A DNA stretch of 64,000 nucleotides from Mytilus trossulus (GCF_036588685.1 NC_086380.1:10469347-10533346), one strand, 5' to 3'. Shown: positions 48,829 through 62,200, counted from the first letter of the stretch. Notes: a model not told the origin generated them from the sequence alone. Numbers and translations are program-made.

Positions 48829-49090
48829 GCATTGAGTGTGTAGATTAAGGTAATATCTTTGGTTAGCTTGCTTGTAGGCTGAACCATGAAGTCATTATTA
48901 GGTTAGGTAAACTACCCTCCTTAAAGAGAAGACTTATAAGTCCGACAGATAACCAATCTATTTGTCTGAAGGACTAGACTACTCTGAAAGGAGGGTAGTA
49001 TACCTAAACTATTAATGACATCACAGTTCAGCTAACAAGCAAAGCTAACAAAAAATTATACTTTTACCTACACACTCAATGCATTCTGCT
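48829..49090. mobile_element. Hairpin MITE of about 260 bp in intron 2 of the BTB-ZF gene
   Basis: The termini gcattgagtgtgtag... and ...ctacacactcaatgcattc are inverted. The interior is largely self-complementary (ctaccctcctt... / ...aaggagggtag). It is followed by a 2x roughly 45-bp tandem duplication (49095-49180). Confidence 0.65.
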
Positions 49091-49550
49091 GTAATGCTTA
49101 AATGTCCCAAGCTAATTATATAATAAATTTTCTGCTGTAATGCTCAAATGTCCCAAGCTAATTATATAATAAAGAAAAAAACAAGAAAGAAGAAGTGCTA
49201 TAATTTCTGTTAATTTATGTAGGTCCATATATTACATGTATGACTATCATCATTATCATTAAATTAATTACTCTTTTGTTAATCTTTGACAAGTTTTACA
49301 TTTATATAGACAGTTCACTCATTAAACAAGCAGTAAATTTATACAATGGCAATGTATGCTTTTTTCTGCAAAGGGAATGAAATTGCTCCCATTAAACCCC
49401 TGGCTACAATCTTGTACTAATTTACATGAAATAATGAATTTATTTGCACAGAATATTGCTGTTTGTTTAAATTGTATAAATTGTATAAATTGTATAAAAT
49501 CATAAATCATGCCAGTGATATGCATGTATTTTCCTTATTGAATTTCTCAG

Positions 49551-49681
49551 AAACACCTAACTGCTGAACATAAAACACACAATCTTTGTCACCTGTGTCC
49601 ATTCAAGTCCAAGAATAAGACGTCACTGATTGTACACCTCCATAATAAACATGCTGAACCTATTCCAGAGAAAATGAAAAC
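49551..49681 (+). CDS. BTB-ZF exon 3
   Basis: Acceptor tttctcag|aaacac and donor aaaac|GTAAGT. The reading is KHLTAEHKTHNLCHLCPFKSKNKTSLIVHLHNKHAEPIPEKMK. It ends in phase 2, and the junction codon ACG is completed by exon 4. Confidence 0.75.
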
Positions 49682-49789
49682 GTAAGTTTAAAAAAAGAAG
49701 TTAATTAAATGGGACAGTTGCTATTGGAAAGGTAACCTTACAAGAATTTTAAAAATCCACTACAAGGTAAGTAAAATGGAACTGGGAAA

Positions 49790-50083
<294 letters not shown>

Positions 50084-50326
50084 CAAGTTTTATAAAAACG
50101 AAGACACAATGCTAAGAGTCAGAACACCCTGTGATAGTTTGAATTATGGCACTGTGTCATTTTATATTATAGATACGTGCATGCCCTATTTATCTTTTAA
50201 AATTGCAAAGTTTGAGTGGGATGAACCTGAAATCATGAATGATATCATGATGTAAATATTGAGATTATATATAAATTTGTTGGTGAATGATCACAATGTT
50301 TTAACATTATATTTTTGTTTTTTCAG

Positions 50327-50403
50327 GTATAAATGTGATATATGTGATTTCTATTGTTTTTATCCAAGTTATCTAAAAATACACAAACAAGAAAGTCATT
50401 CAG
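50327..50403 (+). CDS. BTB-ZF exon 4
   Basis: Acceptor ttttttcag|G and donor cag|GTAAAC. The reading is YKCDICDFYCFYPSYLKIHKQESHS, which is C-x2-C-x12-H-x4-H. The frame is continuous with exon 3. Confidence 0.75.
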
Positions 50404-50864
50404 GTAAACTTAGATTAATTTAGTCATATGAGCACCTCGCATTGATTATTAACAGTGAATATCTTTCTAAATACACAAATTGATGGGGTTGAAACATACA
50501 TTTTATCAAACAATTTTAATAAATCATTTAATTTGATAAAAGTTCAGTTCCTGTTTCCATATTTCCTGGATGTGAAAACGCTCCATTCTACTTTTTGTTT
50601 TAACGATGTTTAGTTTACTCAAGATTGTTGCAATGGTACACACCTTCACAAATTTGGAGGCAGAGATTTTATTGGTTTATATAAAAGTTATCAAAACAGG
50701 ATCGAAAGTAGAAATGAGTTTTATTTGTACAGTACAATGGGAAAAAAAGAATATGATATGGTCAGCAACAAATACAAGAAAGACTTTTCCTGTTTGACTT
50801 CTAGCAATGAAAGATAAACATGTTTTAGTAATGAATATATATAACTCATGTTTTCTTTCTGCAG

Positions 50865-50951
50865 ATTCCATGAATTTCCAATGCAATGTGTGTCCAAAAA
50901 AGTTTAAAAGTAAGAAAGCTTTAAGAAGTCACTGGGACTGTGCCCATAGTT
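50865..50951 (+). CDS. BTB-ZF exon 5
   Basis: Acceptor tttctgcag|A and donor t|GTAAGT. The reading is DSMNFQCNVCPKKFKSKKALRSHWDCAHS. The frame is continuous. Confidence 0.75.
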
Positions 50952-51349
50952 GTAAGTACATGTAGGCCTATTTCTACTATGGTTATAGTGAGACATATAT
51001 ATAGAGGTATGGCCAATAAAATTTCAGGGGGGGGGGGAGAATGGAATGTTCAATTTAACATGATGCAAGTCTGAGTTTATTTTGCTACTTAAAATTGTTC
51101 TTAAATTTTTAGGGCAGAATATTCATTTTCATCCTGTGTAAAGCATATATATTACCAGTTATTATCAGGCCAGAATAATCCACTTACACAATCCAATCTT
51201 GGTATTTATGAAAAAAATTCAACAGCGATAAAAAGATGGGAAAAATATTTTAATTGTTCTAATGGTTAGGATAGATAGATTTGAAACAATCCATATTGTC
51301 AGTGGAGTTTTGGAGACAATAAAATCTAAATCCTGTCTTTGTTTTTCAG

Positions 51350-51432
51350 CAAACTTTTTTAAGTGTGACAAATGTAGTTACACAACACGATCACAGACCA
51401 CACTACAAATTCATCAACAGAGTACACATTCT
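51350..51432 (+). CDS. BTB-ZF exon 6
   Basis: Acceptor gtttttcag|C and donor tct|GTAAGT. The reading is (S)NFFKCDKCSYTTRSQTTLQIHQQSTHS. Confidence 0.75.
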
Positions 51433-51699
51433 GTAAGTATTTAAGTTGCTAGGGACAACAAGTGCAGTAACTCTGCAAGAACAAAAACATCACAACCAGT
51501 TTTGTGGTTGTGTATCAGTAAAGTACAAATTACTAAGTAAAATATAAATACAAGGGTTATCAAAATGGAAACAGCACTTAAAATAATCTCTTGCAATTGG
51601 ATTTCTTATCAGGAGATCACTACAAAATCATAGACTACTCTGCACATACATGATTCTATATCTACTTGTTTTGTTATGACATTTAATGTAGTTCAATTA

Positions 51700-52255
51700 A
51701 TAAATAGAAAACACAAAATATTGATGAATAGAAAACACAAAATATTGATGAATAGAAAACACAAAATATTGATCAATAGAAAACACAAAACATTGATCAA
51801 TAGAAAACACAAAATATTGATCAATAGAAAACACAAAATATTGATCAATAGAAAACACAAAATATTGATCAATAGAAAACACAAAATATTGATCAATAGA
51901 AAACACAAAACATTGATCAATAGAAAACACAAAACATTGATCAATAGAAAACACAAAACATTGATCAATAGAAAACACAAAACATTGATCAATAGAAAAC
52001 ACAAAACATTGATCAATAGAAAACACAAAATATTGATCAATAGAAAACACAAAATATTGATCAATAGAAAACACAAAACATTGATCAATAGAAAACACAA
52101 AACCAATAGAAAACACAAAATATTGATCAATAGAAAACACAAAATATTGATCAATAGAAAACACAAAACATTGATCAATAGAAAACACAAAACATTGATC
52201 AATAGAAAACACAAAATATTGATCAATAGAAAACACAAAATATTGATCAATGAAA
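51700..52255. repeat. 24-bp minisatellite (aatagaaaacacaaaa[tc]attgatc) of about 23 units in intron 6
   Basis: Tandem units with an A/C and T/C polymorphic position. The NRKHKIL and FSIDQ ORFs are artefacts. Confidence 0.95.
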
Positions 52256-52880
52256 TACAGATTCTGAGAGTACTGTAAACCAACTAATATTTGCAGCTTT
52301 TGTGAGTAGAAAAATAACTTGAATATAAATCTTCCAAGAAAACTTATTTTTATTCAGGTAAACATAAATTGTTGGAAAAAATTTCCATCATGTAAATTGA
52401 GAATCTTGAAATTAAATCACAGCCAGATGAGCTAGAAAGGGCTAACCTAAAAAAGAGTATCCACAAAAATTAGTTGGTTTACAGTATTTGATCATTCGGT
52501 GATGGTGGTTAGTGAAGTTACAGTTACAGAAGCACTAAGACCTTGTTTTGACCTTAGCCAAAGTCAGATTTTTTTCTACAAAATTTCCAAATGTGTCTAG
52601 TGCTACCTAATTTGCTTTTGATCTATGGGTAACTTCTTCGCAGTACTGACAGTAGTTAAAAAAATTAATGCTCCCATCTGATTTTTAAGATTTATTTATT
52701 TGTTGTCCCAGAATTGCTGGACTGACAATTTAAAATTCTTCAAATTTCTTAAAGAAAATGCCAAATGTTTTGTCATGTTGAATATGCTTATTTGGGCGTT
52801 GTTTCAGAATCAACAAACCATCTCATAGTCTTGAAGATCTAGTATTATGTTTTCATAAATGCATTATTTTTATTTTGCAG

Positions 52881-53207
52881 GAAGCTCGACCATTTTCCTG
52901 TCATCTCTGCGAGTACAGCTGTAAATTGAAAGGAAATTTAAACAGTCATATGAAAAATATACACAAATTAGAAATAGTTTCTATAAATAAATTACACGAA
53001 AAAGTTGTCAAGACAGGTAAAGGATATGATGAATATATGGAAGCTAGAAGAAAACGTTTTTTTGAACCAGACAAGACCTCATTAGAATTAATAGAAACTA
53101 GACCACTTGATCAGAGCTGTGGTGCTACTATAGCAGAGGATGATACTGGAGAACAATATCAGGATTTACTTAACATTGTTAGAACCTGTAATTTACCTTT
53201 GTCCTAA
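52881..53207 (+). CDS. BTB-ZF exon 7 (last finger, C-terminal tail, stop)
   Basis: Acceptor ttattttgcag|GAAGCT. The reading is EARPFSCHLCEYSCKLKGNLNSHMKNIHKLEIV...CNLPLS* with TAA at 53205-53207. The seven exons total 2208 nt, or 735 codons plus stop. Confidence 0.8.
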   Translation, partial: EARPFSCHLCEYSCKLKGNLNSHMKNIHKLEIVSINKLHEKVVKTGKGYDEYMEARRKRFFEPDKTSLELIETRPLDQSCGATIAEDDTGEQYQDLLNIVRTCNLPLS

Positions 53208-55079
53208 CATAATGACAAAATACATGTCAACAGATGATATGTATGTAGATCCCTCCGTTTATGGAGCACCCCTCAAGAGCTGTGAGGGTACAGTAGAATA
53301 TGTATACACTCCCTTTAGGGATTAATGGAGATGTGTCACTAACATATTTACAACAATATTAACAAGGACAATCTCGACCCAAAAACGAGGGAGTATTAGG
53401 ACACCAGGCAGAATCTGTTACTATGCTATACCGTACTGTGAATTAATTTAATCTCACTGGTTTTTATAAATGTGGATTAAGAGAGAAAATTTATCTACCT
53501 GGATATAAGGTTTTGCTAAAGTCTGCAATTATTTAGGATTAGCCTAGAAAAGCAGTGAAAGTATCAATTAGTTGACAGAAAAATAGCTGCAATTAAGATT
53601 TCATTCTAAATTCTAATCCATATCAATGAAAAATCCTCTGAAAGTGTTACTGCACCTTGAAAATTAGCGATAATGATGCTATTCATGTTTTAAAAACAAA
53701 TTGCTCTTTTTAAAACGTGAGAAATGATAAGTAATAATTTATTACTTGTATGTAAATCAAATATAGTCTACTCTGACATAACTAATGCATACATCAAACA
53801 CATATTAATTATGTAATACCATAAAATTGAGAATGGAAATTGGGATTGTGTCAAAGAGACAACAATCTGACCAAAGAGCAGAAAACAGTCAAAGGCCACC
53901 AATATATTCGTTTGGTATAGCATTAACTTGTTGGAACTACTTTAAACATACTTCAGTGTGTCTGTTCTCAAGAATCAAGATTCTCCAAACTGCTGAATGT
54001 CCAATTGATTGACATAATATACTCATTGCATGGTGGTTTCCAAACCTGTCTTTCTATTTATTATTTTATTGTAAGCTGTTGATGTAATAATCATGTAACT
54101 CACAATGTGAGAATTAATGTGAATTTAATGAAAACAACTTCAAATAAAATTGTAGGTGTTTAACACAAGTATTTTTGTGTATCGGAAAATGACCTTTGTT
54201 TTGTTTGTTTTGTTTGTCATTTGTAGCTATTTTCAGAATACTATTTTGTTTGTATGTGTGGTTTTGTAAGCTGCTTAAAGGTATACTATTATTATAATCA
54301 ACATCTTCCTTTAAAACCTTTCATCAATAATTTAAGGGATCCATAGATTTGGTCTGATGAGAAACTTCTGACATGCCAAGAGGGTACTCATACAGTGGCC
54401 GATCCAGGTGGAGGGTTCTGGGGGTTGGAACACCCCTTTCTTTGACAATCAATGCATTTGAATGGGGACATATAGTTGTAACCCCCCCCTTTTATCCTGG
54501 GTTGGAAAAAAGGGCATGATCCACCCATTTCATAGCTCTTCAAGTACATTTTGTCAGTAGTCTATGAAACTGCTATTATCATTTTTCATTCAAAGCAAAC
54601 TAATATATACAAAAAATCATTGAGAACATTAAAGTATCGGTCAAAAGGAAAGTAGAGATTTAAAGATAAATCTGTGTCAACATTTTATCAAAATTTTACA
54701 ATATAAATAGTTTTGATTGAATCTTTGTGCAACTCACACTTTGTTTGATGTGACTTCAAAATTCCTGTTGTAGTTTTCCGAGGCATAATGAACCTATCAG
54801 CTTGAATTGGACAGTGGTAACTTTTATCATTTGAAAGAATAACTCCTTAATGATGATGATCCAAAAAAAAGGCAAAGCTTTGGTTTACAGATACTAACTT
54901 CAGTTATTAAGTCAAAACCAAATCATTTGAAATTTGAAAATGATGTTATGGACCAATAAACACTGATCTGAAGTAATGCCCTTTGATAAAGTCATGATTT
55001 TTGTGTTTCTATGCATTAAGTTTTACCCTTACTGGTCTGTAATTCTGTCCGTACACATGTCTGTATGTGCCAAAGTTGG

Positions 55080-55570
55080 TTTCTGATCTCTTACTTATTT
55101 TGCCTCAATCAATGGAATGAAAGTTGTACACAATGCTTATTACCACAAAACCCAGATCTAGATTGAATTTTGCTGGCCTTACTTTAAACGTTCTTGAGTT
55201 ATGCCCCTTTATAAATTGAAAAAACCTGATTTTTTCGTGTCTTTTCTGTAACTTAAGAAGGCCCAAATCAAATGATATGAAACTTATGCACAATTGATTA
55301 CAGATTAAGTTTGAATTTTGCTGGTGTTACTTTTACTTTTCTATAGTTATGCAAAAAATTCTGAATTTTTCGGTTCCATTCTCTTAACTTAAGTTTATCT
55401 CAACCAAATGTTATGAAACTTATACACAAAACTCAGATCAGGTATGAATTTGGTTTGTGTCAATTAACCATTATTCATTTGTGTCCGTTTATAACTTTAT
55501 ATATGCAAGCAGGAGCATCATCTGTGTCCCATTTTTGTATTCTCCACCATTTGGAAATGGTATTAAGGGC
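55080..55570. repeat. Second copy of the 170-bp-subunit interspersed repeat (see 40600-41250)
   Basis: ttgcctcaatcaatggaatgaaagttgtacacaatgcttattaccacaaaacccagatctagattgaattttgctgg... repeated three times with variation. Confidence 0.7.
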
Positions 55571-56139
55571 CTCTAAACACTGATTGAGATTTGACCAATT
55601 TCACTTTGGTAGATCAAGAATGATCTCCTGCAATTTGTAGTGAAGTAGCTCTAATTTCTGGGGGAAAATGGTTTTCAAGCAGTTATATGAACTACACGTA
55701 ACTAATCAAGTAACAAAGCTCTCACAGCAACAGTTTTGAACTTTTTACTATTGCAGTGATTCAAATTATATCTCATTTCTTATATTATTTCATTATTATC
55801 TTCCTCAAATGCTAAATCATTTGATGTGAACACACTCACTGTATGGAAAAAAGTTAAATGACAAAATACCAAACTTTGATGACATATCAAAACAGAAAGT
55901 CCACTAAATCTAATGATTTATAGCTATCTAAACCTCTCACATAAAACTCTATTATATTGACAACAATGTGTTAACAAAAAAAAAAGATAAAAAAGTTTAA
56001 AATAGGGTTACAGCAAAAATCAATGTGTTAAAATCAAAAACACTTTAAACAAACAAAGAAAGTAAAAAAAATACATATAGACAAAGCACACTAGCATAAA
56101 CAAGAGACACAAATATAAAAAAAATGCTTAACACACTGA

Positions 56140-56290
56140 TGTAGGTGTGGTTTAATCTGTCCATAATAGCTTAGGCAGGGGAGGACTAAATTACATAACA
56201 CACTGATGTAGGTGTGGTTTGATCAGTCCATAATAGCTTGTCCCAGGAGAAGACAAAATATCATAACACACTGATATGGAACGCCGTAGC
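56140..56290. repeat. 77-bp satellite (two units) forming the short arm of an inverted pair with 62480-64000
   Basis: cacactgatgtaggtgtggtttgatc.gtccataatagcttgtcccaggagaagacaaaatatcataa, followed by the linker ggaacgccgtagctgcc (reverse complement of ggcagctacggcgttcc at 62502). Confidence 0.8.
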
Positions 56291-56560
56291 TGCCTTATGT
56301 GTACTTGTTTTTAGATACGCTTATACTTTTCAATATATGCACATAGTTTTTCTATATATGCACATACTTTTTCTCTATATGTACATAGTTTACTTTATAT
56401 GCACATAGTTTTTCTATATATGCACATAGTTTTTCTATATATGCAAATAGTTTTACTATATATGCACATACTTTTTCTCTATACGCACATACTTGTTCTC
56501 TATATGCACATAGTTTACTTTATATGCACATAGTTTTTCTCTATATGCACATCTGTTACT
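56290..56560. repeat. 22-bp minisatellite (tatatgcacatagtttttctc), inverted copy of 62200-62480
   Basis: Tandem units are visible. Confidence 0.85.
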
Positions 56561-57050
56561 TATTCGTTTTTAATGCGCGGAGTATACGTTGCACTAAATG
56601 AACTAAATCTTTTTTCAATTGTGTTCATGTCTCTGGTGGTAACAATGTGTTCTTACATATGAAATGACCCTATAAGCGTGATTGCAACCGTTCCAGTGCT
56701 CGGTTAATACCCTGTTACTTATTCACTTATAATACGTTTGTTGTATGTTGCACCTTTTAAAAAAAAAATCAATTGTGCCCATGTCTCTTGGTGTAACAAT
56801 GTGTTCTTAGAGATGAAATGACCCTATTAGCGCGCATGTACCCGTTCCAGCGCTCGGCTAATATCCTGTTACCAATTCGTTAATTATTCGTGTATAATAC
56901 ATTTTTTTATACGTTGCACCTGTTAGAAAAGGATTTTCAATTGTTTTCATGTCTCTGATGGTATAAACAATGTGTTCTTAAAGAGGTAATAACCCTATTA
57001 GCGCGTATGTACCTGTTTCCAGCGCTCGGCTAATACCCTCACTGTAAATA
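56560..57050. repeat. Tandem repeat of about 180 bp, roughly 2.7 units; inverted copies at 61750-62200 and a direct copy at 61190-61400
   Basis: Units such as caattgt...catgtctct.gtggtaacaatgtgttcttagagatgaaatgaccctattagcgcg.atgtacccgttccagcgctcggctaata.cctgttac..attcg... recur. Confidence 0.8.
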
Positions 57051-57560
57051 AAAGTGTTAAGAATCTGAACACTTTTTGAACACCCTTTTGTAACACTTCT
57101 GGAACGCGCAACAGTGTTCTAAATATTAACATTGGTGTTCCAGTTTTTAATAGTATGTGTGCATCTTTCGAACGCTATGTGTGTTATTCTTGAACGGATA
57201 GTGTGTACTCCTTGAACGCCGAGTGTTTGAATCTGGAACGCGTAACAGTGTTCTAAATATTAACTTTGGTGTTCCAGTTTTTAACATCATGTGTGCATCC
57301 TTCGAACGCTATGTGTTTTATTCTTGATCGGATAGTGTGTACTCCTTGAACGCCTAGTGTTTGAATCTGGAACATGACCTTGTGAGCAAAATTGTATGCC
57401 GTTACGCGTTCCAAGCCTTGTAACACTTCTGGAACGCTCGGACTGTGTTCCAGAAGTATGTGTTAATATCCAGAACACATAGTGTATACATATGCATGTA
57501 TTAGTGGAACACAATTTTACAATTTCCAGAAAAAAGTGTTCTATTCTCTGAAACATTATT
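57050..57560. repeat. Tandem repeat of about 125 bp rich in gaacgc/ggaacac/gttccag motifs; related blocks at 58960-59100, 60650-60790 and 60990-61190
   Basis: 57100-57230 and 57235-57360 are near-identical (ggaacgcg.aacagtgttctaaatattaac.ttggtgttccagtttttaa...gaacgctatgtgt.ttattcttga.cggatagtgtgtactccttgaacgcc.agtgtttgaatctggaac). Confidence 0.7.
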
Positions 57561-59211
57561 GTGGTCTTGTAAAACAAATAATTAAATTGATTAAAAACAT
57601 CTTTAATTGATTAAAAGAGGCAAAATTAAAAAAAAAAAGTACAATACAATGTGAAATATTGAAGCAACTTTAAAATGACAAGTTAGACAAATTAAAAATA
57701 TAACATTTGTAATCTGCAAAAATTAAATGTGTCCAAATATTTAACCATAAACAAATTGTTCGTCATATTTAAAATTAGTATGTAACAACAAAGTTTAGTG
57801 ACTTATGAACACAGTTTAACTCATCGTTTGCAACTTCTCAAGTCAAGCACTGTCCTGAATTACAAAATACTTATGTCAATGACTCGTTTATCACCAATAT
57901 TTTCGATGATCCACAGCTTTCATAGCACTCAGATGGTCAACATCAAACATAAAATACCCTGTGTATATGCTGCTACTAGTCGAGTCGGTGTTCATGTAAC
58001 ACTGCTACCTTAGGTAGTTTTGAACATGATTTGAGTCGTTTACAACTGATTTTGAGCTGCCATTTTTTTAGAACATTCGTCTTTTGAGCTTCCATTTTTT
58101 AGAACATTCGTCTCCTTGGGTTATAACTACTCTTTAACCTTGTTATCCATCAACTGTGAGTTCTAGAATATGAAATATAAAGTGTATGAGTAAACAAATT
58201 ATGGATCATGTCGATATTCCTTAAGAATTAGAATTAAACTCTTATTTCGTTTTTTAAATTCCATTATACTTGTCAGCATTATTAGATAAGATACATTTGT
58301 TAAAGAGTGGTATACATGCATTTTCAAGTATATGGGCTCTCGTGTTCTATAGCTTTTAAAAAAAGATGGTGGGAAGTGTCCAGCAAATGCTCATACAGTA
58401 GGTGTTTTAGGCAAAACGTTGTCGTTAGACTTGTCACTAAACTAACTGCTCACATTTCTAGAAACTAACTACCTTTTGCCTCTTTTTTTTTTAAGATATG
58501 TAGTAATTTCACTTATGATCTGTATACGGTAATTCCAATTTAAATTGATATTATTATATCGAATTTAGCTCAAATAGTTTTCTGATTATAATGTACACCA
58601 GTGAATGGTGCACATTTTATTGATAAATCTGCAATAACAAAACTTGTATTAGAAGTCAATGGGCACTCCTAAAATTCTTAAACTTACATATGAAAGTACT
58701 TTTATGGTGCAGGATAAGTAGTCATCTCTTGAACTGCGAAATTTTCTCTTCATTCTCGGCGAGGTATGCACGAACAATTACCCCTCCGTACTGTAGTTGT
58801 GTTTGTACCCTATAAAAGGAACATAAGAATACATAACAATACATGTATGAACGGTGGACATTTGCTAAAATGAATTACTAAGATTTAAGTATTTAAGAAT
58901 GAGAAAGCTATTAATATAACATATACATAAGAAATTTAAAATTAGTGTTGCAGTATGCCTTTTTACAAACTTCTGTCTTGACATTGGAACACATGGTGTT
59001 CAGAGAAAACGATTAGCTGGAACGTTTCATGTTCGAAACTAGAACACATTTACAATAGCAACGATATCATTAAACATTTACGTATAAATTTACATTGGTT
59101 ATTTTTTTTTATAGCATGATCATCTAAATATATTCTCTCAACGAACCTCCTACTTTTTAAATCGAATTATGGCATAACAGCACCGTTATGTGTTGACACA
59201 AAATGTTCTAC

Positions 59212-60543
59212 TTAAGAAATAATTCATGGGGGCTTGAATATATCGTGATTTTACCACGGGTTGGCCCTTTATGACAAATATTTTACCCTGAGCGATAGCG
59301 AGGGGTAAAATATCGGCATAAAGGGACAACCCGTGGTAAAATCTAGATATATTCAAGCCCCATGAATTATTTCGATTCTAATAGGACAAATACGGCAATT
59401 ATTTAGGATCGAAGCGCTCTAGGTGATGGCATTATTTGCCGTTCCAATATATAAACGCACTATTAAATTGACGTAAAATAACGGAGCAAACTGAATAAAT
59501 GTTGATGCTTAAACTATTTATAATAACATATTTAGATAATTTTAGATTAATCTAATTATTATTGTACTTATATGTCTCATATGTATACAAAAACTGCTAA
59601 TATAACTCATTTTAGCATCATTTGTTAACGTTTCCTTGTTGTGATGATTTTCCGTTTCACAGGCGTGTATTTTCCCGTAAATTGCTTATATTCTGACGTC
59701 ATTGTTCTATGACGTCGAGTCGCTCATTCATTAAAAAACATATGACGTGGGGGTACAATGGGAACAGCCCATGAAATATATTCATATTTTACCACGGGTG
59801 TGTACTCAAAGCGTTTGAAGGACGTCATGTTAGAATTCCATTTATACTTCAGTGTGTCCTGTGAAAGTAGAAATTTGTTGATTTAATACTAAAACAAAAT
59901 GTGTGAAAAATATAGATAATTCTAACATGACGTCCTTCAAACGCTTTGAGTACACACCCGTGGTAAAATATGAATATATTTCATGGGCTGTTCCCATTGT
60001 ACCCCCACGTCATATGTTTTTTAATGAATGAGCGACTCGACGTCATAGAACAATGACGTCAGAATATAAGCAATTTACGGGAAAATACACGCCTGTGAAA
60101 CGGAAAATCATCACAACAAGGAAACGTTAACAAATGATGCTAAAATGAGTTATATTAGCAGTTTTTGTATACATATGAGACATATAAGTACAATAATAAT
60201 TAGATTAATCTAAAATTATCTAAATATGTTATTATAAATAGTTTAAGCATCAACATTTATTCAGTTTGCTCCGTTATTTTACGTCAATTTAATAGTGCGT
60301 TTATATATTGGAACGGCAAATAATGCCATCACCTAGAGCGCTTCGATCCTAAATAATTGCCGTATTTGTCCTATTAGAATCGAAATAATTCATGGGGCTT
60401 GAATATATCTAGATTTTACCACGGGTTGTCCCTTTATGCCGATATTTTACCCCTCGCTATCGCTCAGGGTAAAATATTTGTCATAAAGGGCCAACCCGTG
60501 GTAAAATCACGATATATTCAAGCCCCCATGAATTATTTCTTAA
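59212..60543. mobile_element. Near-perfect 1.33-kb palindrome (foldback element): arms of about 625 bp, central loop of about 80 bp, TTAA at both extremities
   Basis: 59212-59838 is the reverse complement of 59918-60543. The outer end is ttaagaaataattcatgggggcttgaatatatcgtgattttaccacgggttggccc... and the inner end is ...catgttagaatt. The loop is ccatttatacttcagtgtgtcctgtgaaagtagaaatttgttgatttaatactaaaacaaaatgtgtgaaaaatatagat. Each arm also contains a subterminal hairpin (59225-59370). It is flanked by same-orientation repeat blocks (58960-59100 and 60650-60790). Confidence 0.9.
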
Positions 60544-61749
60544 TTAAACATAGCTATTAAATCAAGCTTTGCTGTAATTTTCTTCAGTGAAGCTTCTTCA
60601 ATCACGATCAAAAACCAAACTTCCGGTACATTAAATACGTCACGCGCTGTTATGTACGCGGGCATGTTTCGAACACATGGCGTTCGGGGGGAAATGGTAA
60701 ATTTGAACGCATCATGTTCGACGCCAGAACGCTTTTACAATAGCAACGTTTTCATGAGCATTTACACATTTACATTGTAAAAAAATATACCCAAAGAACT
60801 TAAGTCCTTTAGAAAGAAGATTTATACTAAAAATCAAGCATTTGCACGCTTATATAAATACGCTCTTTCATTTTTTTTTTACCAAACTATAATTTGCTTA
60901 TGTTGATACAGCTAAAATACATTTATCGTCAAATTATAGTGCGAATCACACTTATTCATCGTCTGTTTGACTCTGAAGCGATGAAATATTTTTTCACTCC
61001 CCATTACAATATTAGAACATTTCTAGTGTTCAATTTAGAACACTTGTCTTGAACATGTGCGTTCAAAGACTGAACAAAATGTGTTATATTCTTTAACGCT
61101 GGCGTTCAATGTGGAACACGAATGTTAATAACTGAACATATTGTGTTTAAAAATGGAACGCGTCTAGACGCGTCAGGCGTCCGCAATATTTGCAGTTACC
61201 TATCTGATACTTATTCGCCTATTATACGTTTGTTGTACGTTGCACCTTTTAGAAAAGGATTTTCAATTATGTTCATGTCTCAGGTGGTAACAATGTGTTC
61301 TTAGAGATGAAATAACCCTATTACTGCGTATGTACCCGTTCCAGCGCTCGGTTAATACCCTGTTACCTTTTCGTTACTTATTCGCTTATAATACGTTTGT
61401 AATACTTTTTATGTGTAGTGTAGTATGTTCAGACTTATTTTTGTTTGTACGTTTTGGATGATTTTGTTTAAATATTCCATCTGTAATGGCAGTGTAAACA
61501 TTCAGAGTTTGAATTTATTAGAATAGTAAATTTAACATTTAAGAGAAAGCTGTACTTGTCACAAAGCTGCCACCAAAAAATAGGGACATTGCTTTAATCT
61601 ACAATTTTCTATGACAATGATAAATGTTCATTAAGAAGAGCAAATTTTCGTCTTTTATTCATCATATTTGATTTTCAACCATATTTGTCAGGGTTCTCCA
61701 AGGAAAATATGTGCAAAAGCAGAAACATGTAAATACTTTAATTTTATAT

Positions 61750-62200
61750 AACAGGTAACAGGTTATTTACCGAGCGCTGGAACGGGTACATGCGTGCTAA
61801 TAGGGTAATTTCATCTCTTAGAAAACATTATTACCACCAGAGATATGAACTTAATTGAAAATCCTTTTCTAAAAGGTTCTACGTACAACAAACGTATTAT
61901 AAGTGAATAGGTAACAGGGTATTAACCGAGCGCTGGAACGGGTACATGCGCGCTAATAGGGTCATTTCATCTCTAGAACACATTGTTACACCAAGAGACA
62001 TGGGCACAATTGAATATTTTTTTTAAAAGGTGCAACGTACAACAAACGTATTATAAGTGAATAAGTTACAGGGTATTAATCGAGCACTGGAACGGTTGCA
62101 ATCGCGCTTATAGGGTCATTTCATCTGTAAGAACACATTGTTACCACCAGAGACATGACCACAATTGAAAAACGATTTAATTCAAAGTGCAACCGTATAC
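61750..62200. repeat. 180-bp tandem repeat, inverted relative to 56560-57050
   Basis: Reverse complement of the 56560-57050 units (ggtaacagg.tatt.accgagcgctggaacgggtacatgcg.gctaatagggt.atttcatctct.agaacacattgttacc). Confidence 0.8.

Noticed and set aside
51676-52283. 200-aa NRKHKIL-repeat ORF and antisense INILCFLL / FSIDQ ORFs
   Set aside because: Translation of the 24-bp minisatellite inside intron 6 of the BTB-ZF gene. It is not CRISPR either, because there are no unique spacers between repeats and the context is eukaryotic.
59212-60543. Palindrome as a CRISPR-like or rDNA-like structured RNA gene
   Set aside because: The genome is eukaryotic. There is a single dyad rather than repeat-spacer periodicity, and the sequence is shared with a second half-copy at 12299, which fits a mobile foldback element better.
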